Shown here in pieces: positions 1 to 9,041 of a stretch of 33,907 nucleotides of DNA. The notes beneath the pieces were generated by a model. It was not told the origin of the DNA. It searched no databases and saw only the letters and a list, made by a program, of their open reading frames with translations. Made by a program: the position numbers and the translations under genes. Source of the stretch: an uncultured Bifidobacterium sp. (GTDB lineage Bacteria; Pseudomonadota; Gammaproteobacteria; Burkholderiales; Burkholderiaceae_D); assembly GCA_964559785.1 (NCBI GenBank), contig CAZLJL010000001.1, forward strand, positions 1 to 33,907. Reading direction: 5' to 3'. Each line of letters opens with the position of its first letter. Position 1 is the first letter of the stretch.

Positions 1-220
1 CGCCTGTATTACCGCCTGTATTACCGCCTGTATTACCGCCTGTATTACCGCCTGTGTTACCGCCTGAATTCCCACCGGTGTTACCGCCTGTATTGCCACC
101 GGTATTGCCACCCGTATTACCGCCTGTATTACCGCCTGTATTACCGCCTGTGTTACCGCCTGTGTTACCGCCTGTGTTACCGCCTGTGTTACCGCCTGAA
201 TTCCCACCGGTGTTACCACC
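1..220. repeat. 12-bp tandem repeat (consensus CGCCTGTRTTAC), at least 18 units, encoding GGNT/GGNS on the minus strand
   Basis: Directly visible; variants are mostly synonymous in the minus-strand frame. The array is cut by the window edge. Confidence 0.97.
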
Positions 221-700
221 TGAACTCAGTGTGCCACTTGACCCACCACCTGACCTCGCGACCGCCGCCGCTACCGCACCTAGCGCAATCGCCCCACCTA
301 GTAGCCAACCCGAACCGCCCTCGCTGTCCTCCCCTGGACCGATGACCACCTTATCGCTAGCACCCACCGGATCACCCGTTAGCAAGGCGTACCCGCTATC
401 GTACTGACCGATAGTCGTACTGAATAACTCACCGGAACCATCAAAGGCGGTATTACCATTCGCTGGTAGATAAAAGCCCTCAAGACGAATCAGCGGATCC
501 CCATCGATGAATATCTGAAGATCCTGACCGACTCGCTTAGCTTGTAATTTTCCCGGCAGCTTGCCTGTAGTCGCATCAACGACGGTATAAGCCGATCCAA
601 TTTCAACTTGAACGAAGTCCCCAGTAATTTCTTTGGTGGAAATCTTCCCGGCAGGGCTGCGCTTTAGCAGCTTGAATTGTCTCGGGTCGGGTTTAGGCAT
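1..700 (-). CDS. 5' part of a putative T1SS-secreted surface adhesin (BapA/LapA-like N-terminal module, hydrophobic Gly/Ala segment, then GGNT repeats); runs off the left edge
   Basis: Manual minus-strand translation from ATG at 700 (GGAG ~8 nt upstream) is open to the window edge: MPKPDPRQFKLLKRSPAGKISTKEITGDFVQVEIGSAYTVVDATTGKLPGKLQAKRVGQDLQIFIDGDPLIRLEGFY...GWLLGGAIALGAVAAAVARSGGGSSGTLSS(GGNT)n. The RxGxDLxI...LxxF pattern and Gly/Ala hydrophobic stretch resemble BapA-type N-termini. Divergent from a T1SS operon. Confidence 0.8.
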   Translation of the reverse strand, partial: MPKPDPRQFKLLKRSPAGKISTKEITGDFVQVEIGSAYTVVDATTGKLPGKLQAKRVGQDLQIFIDGDPLIRLEGFYLPANGNTAFDGSGELFSTTIGQYDSGYALLTGDPVGASDKVVIGPGEDSEGGSGWLLGGAIALGAVAAAVARSGGGSSGTLSSGGNTGGNSGGNTGGNTGGNTGGNTGGNTGGNTGGNTGGNTGGNTGGNTGGNSGGNTGGNTGGNTGGNTGGNTG

Positions 701-1017
701 TCGGGATCTCCATCGTTAGTTGAAACACGCAGACACTCACTACTTCGTAGCGTATTTACCTCCAAGGTGCGTCGGAATGATGCACCACGCTACCCCGATT
801 CTTGTTGCATTGATCAGACGATTCCCTCGCTTATTTTCATCGTGATGACGGTGCTGTCGTACATTTGCGCGCGCCACTCGGTCTTCATCACTGCATTTTT
901 TGGTATCGCGCATAGGCAAATCACACGTGCATACAAGTCGGTAGTGACCCCAGAATCCAAGGTGTGCGTTTTACACCACGGGTAGGTGCTTATTCCCTGT
1001 TCAAGCCGAGGTCATGT

Positions 1018-2313
1018 ATGAGGTTTTGCGCGTTCATTCGAAGGCTGTCGATTTTTCTTGGTGTTCTTTCTTTCATTGCTCACGCACAAGATGTTTCCGT
1101 GATGAAAGTAGATAACAGCATCGCTGAATCCAATACAGCACTCAGCTTTGAACAGGCACTACGGATTGCTGCTGATACTCATCCCAGTATTGCTCAGCGG
1201 CTTAGCGAGCAAGGTGCCAGCGAATACGGTGCAACCGGAGCACGTTGGCAACGCTGGCCGGGTTTGAGTGTGTCTTCTTCACGTGGCCCACTGGGAAGCA
1301 CGCTGACTGAGCTGCAGCTTGAACAGCCGCTGTGGTCGGGAGGGCGTATCACCGCCAACATTAATGCGGCCGAAGCGCGTACCGAAGCTGCACGAAATAG
1401 CGTTGCCGAAGCCCGTAAAGTAATTCTCGAACGTACGATCAATGCCTATGCCGAAGCGATGCGGCTGCAATCACGCCTATTGATTGCGGATACAGCGATT
1501 GCTGACTTTGAGCAGCTGCGCGACATGATTGACCGACGTGTCGAGAGTGGTATCAGCCCAAAAGCCGATGCGATCAATGTCCGCGCCCGTTTGCAACAGT
1601 CACAAAGTGAGCGTATGCAAATGAGTCTGCAACTACAAAACACGCGTACCGAGCTGGAGTTACTTCTCGGAAGACGATTCACAGCATTAGTCGTACCGCC
1701 ACCCCTCGCGAAACTTTCCCTGAACATGGATGAAGCACTCGATATCGTGTTGGACACTGCCCCCGAGCTTGCACGTCTGAATGCAGAAGAGCGCGTTGCC
1801 GAGGAGGCGATAGCCGCCACACGCAGCAGTCTGTCACCCTCACTCGCCTTGCGCTATCAGCGCGTGTTTGGTGGTGGCACATTCTATGCAACTGATCAGG
1901 TATTCGTTGGCGTCACCTACCAACCAGGTAATGGACTGTCATCATTCTCAGCCATCAGCGAGGCTGAGTCACGCCGCACCGGCGCTGTGTATGCGCGCGA
2001 GGCAGCACGTCTTGATCTCATCAATCGCGTGAGAAGTTTATGGCAGCAGGCGGATTCGTCACGCCGTGAGTTGAGTATTCTGAACGAACTCGTTTCTTCT
2101 ACTCAGCAGGTCTATGAATCCTGCTTGCGGCAATTTCCCGTTGGGCGTCGTACTTGGCTAGAGCTGCTGTTGGCTAGGCGTGATGCCACACAAGCACAGT
2201 ATGCACTGGCCGATATCCGATGGAGTGGTTTTGCATCGCAGCTGAAGCTTGAGCTGGTGACCGGCCAGCTAGCTGCGCGTGATTACCGCGTAATTGCGGA
2301 GCCATCGCCATGA
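1018..2313 (+). CDS. TolC-family outer membrane secretion channel (LapE/AggA-like)
   Basis: Signal peptide ending AHA-Q, two OEP-like repeats (LEQPLWSGG; QFPVGRRTWLELL). ATG at 1018 with GAGG upstream preferred over GTG at 964. Confidence 0.9.
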   Translation: MRFCAFIRRLSIFLGVLSFIAHAQDVSVMKVDNSIAESNTALSFEQALRIAADTHPSIAQRLSEQGASEYGATGARWQRWPGLSVSSSRGPLGSTLTELQLEQPLWSGGRITANINAAEARTEAARNSVAEARKVILERTINAYAEAMRLQSRLLIADTAIADFEQLRDMIDRRVESGISPKADAINVRARLQQSQSERMQMSLQLQNTRTELELLLGRRFTALVVPPPLAKLSLNMDEALDIVLDTAPELARLNAEERVAEEAIAATRSSLSPSLALRYQRVFGGGTFYATDQVFVGVTYQPGNGLSSFSAISEAESRRTGAVYAREAARLDLINRVRSLWQQADSSRRELSILNELVSSTQQVYESCLRQFPVGRRTWLELLLARRDATQAQYALADIRWSGFASQLKLELVTGQLAARDYRVIAEPSP

Positions 2314-4130
2314 GTCACGCTGAAGATATGTCTGCCGTATCGGGTAGAGATCGTATTACTAATCGTAGTGCTCGGCAGTGGTTCATTCATGCAATCGTGG
2401 CGCGACACTGGGTATTCATGGAGGCAGTCGTCGCTACCTTTGTCATCAGTATGCTGGGACTGGGGGCATCGTTTTACAGTTTGCAGGTCTATGACCGCGT
2501 GATTCCCACGCAAGCGCATGCCACATTAGTCGCACTGACTATTGGCGTTGGTATCGCTGTAGTGTTCGAGTTCATCTTGAAGCAAGTGCGCTCGCTGATG
2601 GTTGATCGTGGCTGCAAGGCGATCGAAGAAGAGCTATCCGAAGTTTTCTTTAGTCGTATGCTGGATATACGAATGGAGGCCCGTCCACGCGCAGTCGGCA
2701 GCTTTGCCGCGCAGGTTCGTCAGTTCGAACTGGTGCGTAACTTCATGAGCTCGTCGACAGTTTTCCTGCTCGCTGATCTACCGTTCTGTTTTTTATTCAT
2801 TATGGTGATTGGTGTCATCGGTGGCTGGCTTGCTGTAATTCCCTTACTGCTGCTACCGATCGTGCTGCTCAGCTCGGCCTGGCTAAACTGGCGTATCGGC
2901 CGGCTGACCACACGTCAGTTGCGCGATACCCGCCATAAGAATGGTTTGCTGGTCGATGTCATCGACGGTATCGAAAGCATCAAGGCTGCGGGTGCCGAAA
3001 GCGAGATGCTGGAACGCTGGCGCCGGCTGGTAGCGTCGAGCTCGATGCTCGAGCTGGATACCCGCTACCTCTCCACTATGGCATCGAACCTCGCGCAATT
3101 ACTACAACAGCTGAGTTATGTTGCCATCATCGGGCTGGGCGCCTGGATGGTCGGTGCTGGTCAGATCACCATGGGTGCACTCATCGCGTGCTCTATTCTC
3201 AGCAATCGCACGCTGTCACCGATTACCCAGATTGCGACTTGGGTCACGCAGTGGCAACACGCTAAAGAAGCCCTGCGCGGATTGGACGAGATGATGCGAC
3301 TGCCAACCGATCGCCTTGATATTGGGACCGCGATCATGCCGTCATCTTGTAGCGGCGAATTGCGGGTTGAGCAGGCAGCCTTTGCTTTCAATGACAAACT
3401 CGCAGCGTTGCAGCCCCTGACGCTAACGATCAATGCGGGTGAACGGATCGCAATTGTGGGGCCGATCGGCTCTGGCAAGTCAACACTGATTCGACTGTTG
3501 TCCGGCCTTTACCGTCCGATGGCGGGCAAGTTGCTGCTCGATGGTGTTGATATGGCCTTGCTGGCACCATCCTATTTACGCACCCACATTGGCTATCTAC
3601 CTCAAGATGTTCGGCTGCTGCATGGCACGCTGCGCGATAACCTCACGCTCGGCATTACCCCACCCAACGACAGTGCCTTGATCCATGCCGCGCGATTAAC
3701 CGGGCTCGATCGGGTCATCAGTGCACACCCGCAGGGAATGGATTTGCCTATTCAGGAAGGCGGGCGCGGTCTGTCGGGCGGACAACGGCAACTCGTCGGC
3801 CTGACCCGTCTGCTTCTTAGTCAGCCGACGGTGTTACTACTGGATGAACCAACGGCTGCCATGGATGCCGAGTTAGAAGCAAACGTGATGCAGCGCATGC
3901 TGTCATCACTAACGCCTTCGGCGACTGTCGTGTTCGTAACGCACAAGGCCAGCTTGCTGCGGCTAGTTGATCGCGTCATCGTGATGGATCAGGGGCGCGT
4001 TTTGATTGATGGCCCGCGTAACGAAGTACTGGCAAAGCTGACTTCGACCGCACCCATCGGAGCGGGAACTAACTCAGCAAGAAATAGCACACCCGACCAC
4101 CGGCAAGGCTTAGTGGGAGAGACACTGTGA
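2310..4130 (+). CDS. Type I secretion ABC transporter (permease + ATPase), LapB/HlyB-like, without N-terminal C39-like domain
   Basis: QVYDRVIP membrane-domain motif, Walker A GPIGSGKST, signature LSGGQRQ, Walker B LLLDEPT, H-loop VTHK; 4-nt overlap with TolC gene. Confidence 0.93.
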   Translation: MSHAEDMSAVSGRDRITNRSARQWFIHAIVARHWVFMEAVVATFVISMLGLGASFYSLQVYDRVIPTQAHATLVALTIGVGIAVVFEFILKQVRSLMVDRGCKAIEEELSEVFFSRMLDIRMEARPRAVGSFAAQVRQFELVRNFMSSSTVFLLADLPFCFLFIMVIGVIGGWLAVIPLLLLPIVLLSSAWLNWRIGRLTTRQLRDTRHKNGLLVDVIDGIESIKAAGAESEMLERWRRLVASSSMLELDTRYLSTMASNLAQLLQQLSYVAIIGLGAWMVGAGQITMGALIACSILSNRTLSPITQIATWVTQWQHAKEALRGLDEMMRLPTDRLDIGTAIMPSSCSGELRVEQAAFAFNDKLAALQPLTLTINAGERIAIVGPIGSGKSTLIRLLSGLYRPMAGKLLLDGVDMALLAPSYLRTHIGYLPQDVRLLHGTLRDNLTLGITPPNDSALIHAARLTGLDRVISAHPQGMDLPIQEGGRGLSGGQRQLVGLTRLLLSQPTVLLLDEPTAAMDAELEANVMQRMLSSLTPSATVVFVTHKASLLRLVDRVIVMDQGRVLIDGPRNEVLAKLTSTAPIGAGTNSARNSTPDHRQGLVGETL

Positions 4131-5275
4131 ATCCTGTAGAGAGTCGCCCATCGCCCACCATCTGGATCAGTCTATTAGCACTGGTATGTTTTTTCGTTTG
4201 GGCATCACAAGCGGAGCTGGAGCAGCTGACTCGTGCACCGGGACAAATTATTGCCAGTGGGCGCACACAAATCATCCAGGCAAGTGATGGCGGCGTATTG
4301 CAGGCATTGCGCGTCAAAGAGGGCGACACCGTAGAACGTGGCCAGTTACTGGCACTGCTTGATAGTCAGAAGCTTCGCGCTGCCTATCAAGAAACTCGGT
4401 CGCGCGAGCTTGCGCTGCGTGCTACGGTGGCCCGATTACAAGCAGAATTGGTGGGCGGAGAGCCCGTGTTTTCTTCAGAGATCGCGGGCTATCCTCAATT
4501 TCGTACGAATCAGCTGGCACTACTGCAGAAACGTCGTGCTTCGATCAACGAAGAAACTGCTGCGCTGCGCAAGCTGCTCGAGCTAGCGCAGCGCGAACTT
4601 GCGATGACATCGCCGCTCGTAAATACCGGCGATGTATCGCAAGCAGATGTATTGAAGCTGGAGCGGCAGGTGGCTGATCTACAGGCGCAGATCACGAATC
4701 GTCAGAATAAATATTTTCAGGATGCACAGGCCGACTTGTCGCGTGCTGAAGAAGAGTTAGCGGGCGTACAGCAGATGCTGGCACAACGCGCTGACCTGCT
4801 GGCACGTACCGAGCTGCGCGCGCCGATGCGAGGTGTCGTGAAAAATATTCGTATGACCACGCTGGGCGGTACCTTAAAGCCCACCGAGGAGCTAATGCAG
4901 ATCGTACCGATCGAAAAGGAGTTATTGGTCGAGGCGCGTATACGACCCGCTGATATCGCCTTCATACACACCGGACAAGCGGCCAGCGTCAAGGTTGATG
5001 CTTACGACTACACCTTGTATGGCTGGCTGGATGGGAAGGTCAGCTATCTCAGCCCGGACACACTCACCGATGATCTGAGACAAGGTGAGCAAGCCTACTA
5101 TCGTATGCAAGTGCGTGCTGAGGGCAAGTCATTCGGTGGCCACGCGAATCAGAGCATACAGCTGCAACCGGGCATGACGGTAAGCGTTGAAGTCAAGACG
5201 GGCAAGAATACCGTGCTGCGTTACCTCGCCAAACCGGTCGTAAAAACGCTACGCGAAGCAATGGTCGAGAAATAA
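4127..5275 (+). CDS. HlyD-family type I secretion membrane fusion protein
   Basis: N-terminal TM, lipoyl-like half motifs (VKEGDTVERGQLL; LRAPMRGVV), AYDYTLYGWLDGKV, PGMTVSVEVKTG; 4-nt overlap with ABC gene. Confidence 0.93.
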   Translation: MNPVESRPSPTIWISLLALVCFFVWASQAELEQLTRAPGQIIASGRTQIIQASDGGVLQALRVKEGDTVERGQLLALLDSQKLRAAYQETRSRELALRATVARLQAELVGGEPVFSSEIAGYPQFRTNQLALLQKRRASINEETAALRKLLELAQRELAMTSPLVNTGDVSQADVLKLERQVADLQAQITNRQNKYFQDAQADLSRAEEELAGVQQMLAQRADLLARTELRAPMRGVVKNIRMTTLGGTLKPTEELMQIVPIEKELLVEARIRPADIAFIHTGQAASVKVDAYDYTLYGWLDGKVSYLSPDTLTDDLRQGEQAYYRMQVRAEGKSFGGHANQSIQLQPGMTVSVEVKTGKNTVLRYLAKPVVKTLREAMVEK

Positions 5276-7180
5276 TCAAGCATCCCAGATGATTTCCGCC
5301 TGCAATACACCACGCAGCGCGTTGCAGACACAAACGGCTTGTGCGCGGCGCAGATCCATCAGCGTGATCGACCGTTCGATTACATTCCATTCAGTATCTT
5401 CCAGCAGCAGCGAACGCATTACCCCGGGCAGTACGCCGGCCGATAAGGGTGGCGTTACCCACTGATCATCTAACTTGATCAACACATTGCTGCGCCCGCC
5501 TTCGGTCAGCTCGCCATGCTCATTGAAGAACAGCGTATCAAAAGCACCGACGCGCTCTGCCTGCTGCCAGCCTTCATCATAAACATGGCGCAATGAAGTT
5601 TTGTGCGCAAGCAGTGCATCTTCTGAGGACATGACTATCGGTGAAAGTAAAAGCCGTACAGGTTGCTGTACTAGCTGCAGCCGTGCGCTATGTAACTGTA
5701 TTTCTCCGGAAGATGTCAGCACGAGCCGTAATCGGTAATCATGCTCATCCGCGAGCGCTGCGCACTCCGCAACAACACGCTGACGCGCATCTGCAAGATC
5801 AAAGGGAAATCCAAATGCACGGGCTGAAGAGGCCAGTCGTATCAGGTGCCGGTCTAGTAAATCACAACCATGCCGAGTGGCACGCATCGTCTCGAATAGG
5901 TTGAATGCGGATGGCATGCCAGTCAGAAAGCGCGCCTTTAACAGACACTCCTGATACTCTGCCAACGCATCGCTGTCGTACACAATGCCGGCGCCAATGC
6001 CCATCTCTGCCTGTCGATAGTCATTTTCGTTAGGCGCATCCAGCAGTAGTGTTCGAATCGGCACCGAGAGTGCGAAGTCACCGAGTTCCTGCTCGGCCGT
6101 CGGTGGATCAAACCAGCCAATTGCACCGGTATACAAACGCCGCGGCCAAGGCTCCAGCGCATGCAGTATCTGCATAGCCCGACGCTTTGGCGCCCCGGTG
6201 ATCGAGCCACAGGGATACAGCGCTTCGAATACCTCGGACAATCGAGTGCCAGCACGCCGATCTGCAACAATCGTCGAGGTCATCTGTAACACTGCACCAA
6301 AGCGCTCGACTGAAAATAAATCAGGCACCTTGACCGAGCCGGTCACTGCAATTCGACCAAGATCATTGCGCAACAGATCAACAATCATCAGATTCTCTGC
6401 ACGCTCTTTAGTACTCTCTTGTAAACCTCGAGTTCGCTGCGTATTCAATACATCGTCATCACTCGCAGCGGCTGTACCCTTCATCGGCCGACAGGTGAGC
6501 TGTCCGTGGTCGTGACGTACAAACAACTCCGGCGAGAGCGATAACACTGATGATCCATCAGGCAAGGCGATCAATGCGCCGTAGGGTACCGGCTGTCGCT
6601 CGCGCAAAGCCGTGTATAGCGCTACCGGGTCACCATGCATCGCGAACCGTAGTGGAAAAGTAAAGTTCGCCTGATAGATATCACCCGCTTCAATATAGCG
6701 CTGAATCCTATCAACGGCGTGTACGAACTCAGCCTCCGATAGCGCAGGCTGGATCTGTGTCACCGCATAAGAACGGGCACTCGCCTGTTGCGCCAGCCAT
6801 GCATTCACCGCTTGTGTGCTTAGCCGCTGATAAGACCTGAACAAGAGTACCGTTGCTAAAGCTTTGTGATCAGTACGATGCCGCTCACTACGATGGTGGA
6901 TGTTTTCATCGGCGACATGAACTTCAACCCGACGTTCAACATTAGCCTTGGCATGATCGTCGTCGATGCGATGTAATCGATGAGAAAACTCATAGGTGAA
7001 CAGTGTCACTGCATAGAAGCCCTGATCTAGTGCTCGCTGTAACGCCTCAAAAAAATGGCTGTGATCATCACCGTGGTGAAGATGCAGTGAACCAGCGTAA
7101 TCGGTATAGCAGCGCGATCGTCGCTCAGATGATGGTGAGTGACTTGCATCATCCAGTAAGGCAAATACCGTGCTACTCAT
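5276..7180 (-). CDS. pabB: Fused aminodeoxychorismate synthase component I / class IV aminotransferase-like ADC lyase (PabB-PabC)
   Basis: Chorismate-binding motifs GDIYQAN, SPELF, PMKGT, AENLMIVDLLRNDL, PCGSITGAPK; C-terminal class IV motifs FETMR, HKT, EGGRSN, LPGVMR. Confidence 0.88.
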   Translation of the reverse strand: MSSTVFALLDDASHSPSSERRSRCYTDYAGSLHLHHGDDHSHFFEALQRALDQGFYAVTLFTYEFSHRLHRIDDDHAKANVERRVEVHVADENIHHRSERHRTDHKALATVLLFRSYQRLSTQAVNAWLAQQASARSYAVTQIQPALSEAEFVHAVDRIQRYIEAGDIYQANFTFPLRFAMHGDPVALYTALRERQPVPYGALIALPDGSSVLSLSPELFVRHDHGQLTCRPMKGTAAASDDDVLNTQRTRGLQESTKERAENLMIVDLLRNDLGRIAVTGSVKVPDLFSVERFGAVLQMTSTIVADRRAGTRLSEVFEALYPCGSITGAPKRRAMQILHALEPWPRRLYTGAIGWFDPPTAEQELGDFALSVPIRTLLLDAPNENDYRQAEMGIGAGIVYDSDALAEYQECLLKARFLTGMPSAFNLFETMRATRHGCDLLDRHLIRLASSARAFGFPFDLADARQRVVAECAALADEHDYRLRLVLTSSGEIQLHSARLQLVQQPVRLLLSPIVMSSEDALLAHKTSLRHVYDEGWQQAERVGAFDTLFFNEHGELTEGGRSNVLIKLDDQWVTPPLSAGVLPGVMRSLLLEDTEWNVIERSITLMDLRRAQAVCVCNALRGVLQAEIIWDA

Positions 7181-8082
7181 GACTCGGTGTCGTTGACTGA
7201 GGGCGACAGATGGGCTGCGAAAAAATCGATCAGGACGCGCACCCGATGGGGTACCTGCCGATTGCCGGGCAAGATCGCATACAACCCCAGTTCAGGCATC
7301 GCATAATCCTCTAATAGTGTGGTGACGCGGCCCGAAGCGAGATAAGGCTCGGCAATGAAATCGGGCTGCACAGTGATGCCCAGACCCTGCGCTGCTGCCT
7401 CGGAGAGTGCCTCGCCATTGCCCGCGCTGATACGCGACGGTACCGTAAAACTTTTCCAGTTACCTTCCACCCGATACACCCAACCAGCCGCCACCCCCGG
7501 GCTGTTGTAGGCCAGACATTCATGCTGCGCAAGCTCAGCCGGATGCCGTGGCTTACCGAAACGCGCCAGGTAATCCGGCGACGCTATTGTGAGTAGATGA
7601 ATGGTCCCTAATCTGCGCGCGACCTCGGTCGGGCCGAGCTGTCCGGTAATGCGAATAGCGAGATCAACCCCTTCTTCGATCAGATTGACACGACGATCGG
7701 TGTAGTCCATATCCAGCAAGATCTCCGGGTACTGCCGTGCAAAGTCGAGGAGTAACGGCAGCATACGCTTCAAGCCGTAGCTGAGGGGCAGGCTGATCCG
7801 AATATGACCACGCGCGGACTGCCGCTGCTCGGCGATACCGGTCTCGGCGGACTCAACCAAATTCAAGATCACCCGGCACTTTTCCAGATAGGCGGCACCG
7901 GCCGAGGTCAATGTCAGACGCCGGGTGCTGCGCGCCATCAGCTTCACCCCAAGATGTTGCTCCAGCGCGGCCACCTGCCGCGTGACGACCGAGCGGGCAA
8001 CGCCCATTTGTTGGGCGACCGCCGAGAAACTACTTAACTCGGCGACGCGAACGAAGACCCGCATGGCAGAAAAACGATCCAT
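7177..8082 (-). CDS. LysR-family transcriptional regulator (CrgA-like)
   Basis: MDRFSAMRVFVRVAELSSFSAVA HTH, LEQHLGVKLMARSTRRLTLT, DRRVNLIEEGVDLAIR. Start moved from 8175 to ATG 8082 by family pattern. Confidence 0.92.
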   Translation of the reverse strand: MDRFSAMRVFVRVAELSSFSAVAQQMGVARSVVTRQVAALEQHLGVKLMARSTRRLTLTSAGAAYLEKCRVILNLVESAETGIAEQRQSARGHIRISLPLSYGLKRMLPLLLDFARQYPEILLDMDYTDRRVNLIEEGVDLAIRITGQLGPTEVARRLGTIHLLTIASPDYLARFGKPRHPAELAQHECLAYNSPGVAAGWVYRVEGNWKSFTVPSRISAGNGEALSEAAAQGLGITVQPDFIAEPYLASGRVTTLLEDYAMPELGLYAILPGNRQVPHRVRVLIDFFAAHLSPSVNDTES

Positions 8083-8102
8083 TGTTGCGTTAGATGGAAC
8101 AA
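8082..8102. promoter_or_regulatory. Putative LysR operator TTGTT-N11-AACAA
   Basis: Perfect 5-bp inverted repeat framing T-N11-A, overlapping the lysR start codon between divergent genes. Confidence 0.65.
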
Positions 8103-8247
8103 ATAATTGCTGATTGTCCTCTTTTTCTTTGCAATTAGCACGGGTAGAGTTCGCCTCACTGACGGGGCACGCCAATGGTGACGCGTAGTCTCAGCCATTC
8201 AATCCCTGGATAGCACTGGTCCGTATCCACCCAATCGGCGATTTATC

Positions 8248-9039
8248 GTGAACCTTCCCTCACTGTTCCTGCCTCACGGCGCACCCACATTCGCGCTCCG
8301 CCCCGGCGTAGCGGGCCTTGCCATGACCCGCATCGCCGCCGAACTACCGCGTCCAAGAGCCATCGTGATAGTGAGCCCTCACTGGGATACTGCAACGCCG
8401 ACCGTCGGTACCGGCGAGCGGCTCGAGACAATTCATGACTTTTTCGGATTTCCTGCCGAGTTATATGAGATTCATTACCCGGCGACGGGCTGCCCGGAGG
8501 CAGCGCGTGAAGTGATTCAAGCACTGGACAGTGCTGGTCTCGCGGTGGACGAAGCGCCTGCGCAAGGTCTGGACCACGGCGCCTGGGTACCCTTGCGACA
8601 GATGTACCCCGATGCCGATGTACCGGTGGTACCGCTGTCCCTGCAAAGCCGCTTGGGCGTGCAAGGTGCGTATCAACTGGGGCAGGCGTTGGCGCCGCTG
8701 CGTGCGCAAGGATTTCTGGTGATCGGGTCTGGCAATATCACGCATAACCTGGCGGACTACCACATCGCCAGCGCCCAAGGCACAGCATCATTTGATTACT
8801 TGCGAGCGTTCCCGAACTGGATGACTGAGCACTTACGGCAACATGATCTGGCGGCGCTACTGGATTACCGTCGACGCGCGCCTGAAGCTGCCCGTGCGCA
8901 TCCCACCGATGAGCATCTGCAGCCACTGTATGTGGCGCTTGGTGCTGCCGGCCCGCAGGCGACCGTCGAGCATCTGCATACCGGCATCAGCGATTATGTG
9001 CTCGCCATGGATGCGTATTCCTTCACAACACGACACTGA
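8248..9039 (+). CDS. DODA/YgiD-type class III extradiol ring-cleavage dioxygenase
   Basis: SLFLPHGAP, VSPHW, TIHDFFGFP, GLDHGAWVPL, GSGNITHNL, AHPTDEHLQPL. Confidence 0.92.
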   Translation: MNLPSLFLPHGAPTFALRPGVAGLAMTRIAAELPRPRAIVIVSPHWDTATPTVGTGERLETIHDFFGFPAELYEIHYPATGCPEAAREVIQALDSAGLAVDEAPAQGLDHGAWVPLRQMYPDADVPVVPLSLQSRLGVQGAYQLGQALAPLRAQGFLVIGSGNITHNLADYHIASAQGTASFDYLRAFPNWMTEHLRQHDLAALLDYRRRAPEAARAHPTDEHLQPLYVALGAAGPQATVEHLHTGISDYVLAMDAYSFTTRH

Positions 9040-9041
9040 CC

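Noticed and set aside
1-220. Possible CRISPR array
   Set aside because: Contiguous 12-bp units with no unique spacers and no cas genes.
54-407. Plus-strand (PPVL)n ORF of 117 aa
   Set aside because: Antisense shadow of the GGNT-repeat gene; the minus frame has an RBS, a domain-like N-terminus and T1SS context.
677-985. 102-aa ORF in the adhesin-TolC spacer
   Set aside because: TTG start, no recognisable motif, and it covers the divergent promoter region.
8083-8175. N-terminal extension of LysR in the ORF track
   Set aside because: The family pattern starts at MDRF; the extension spans the operator and promoter.
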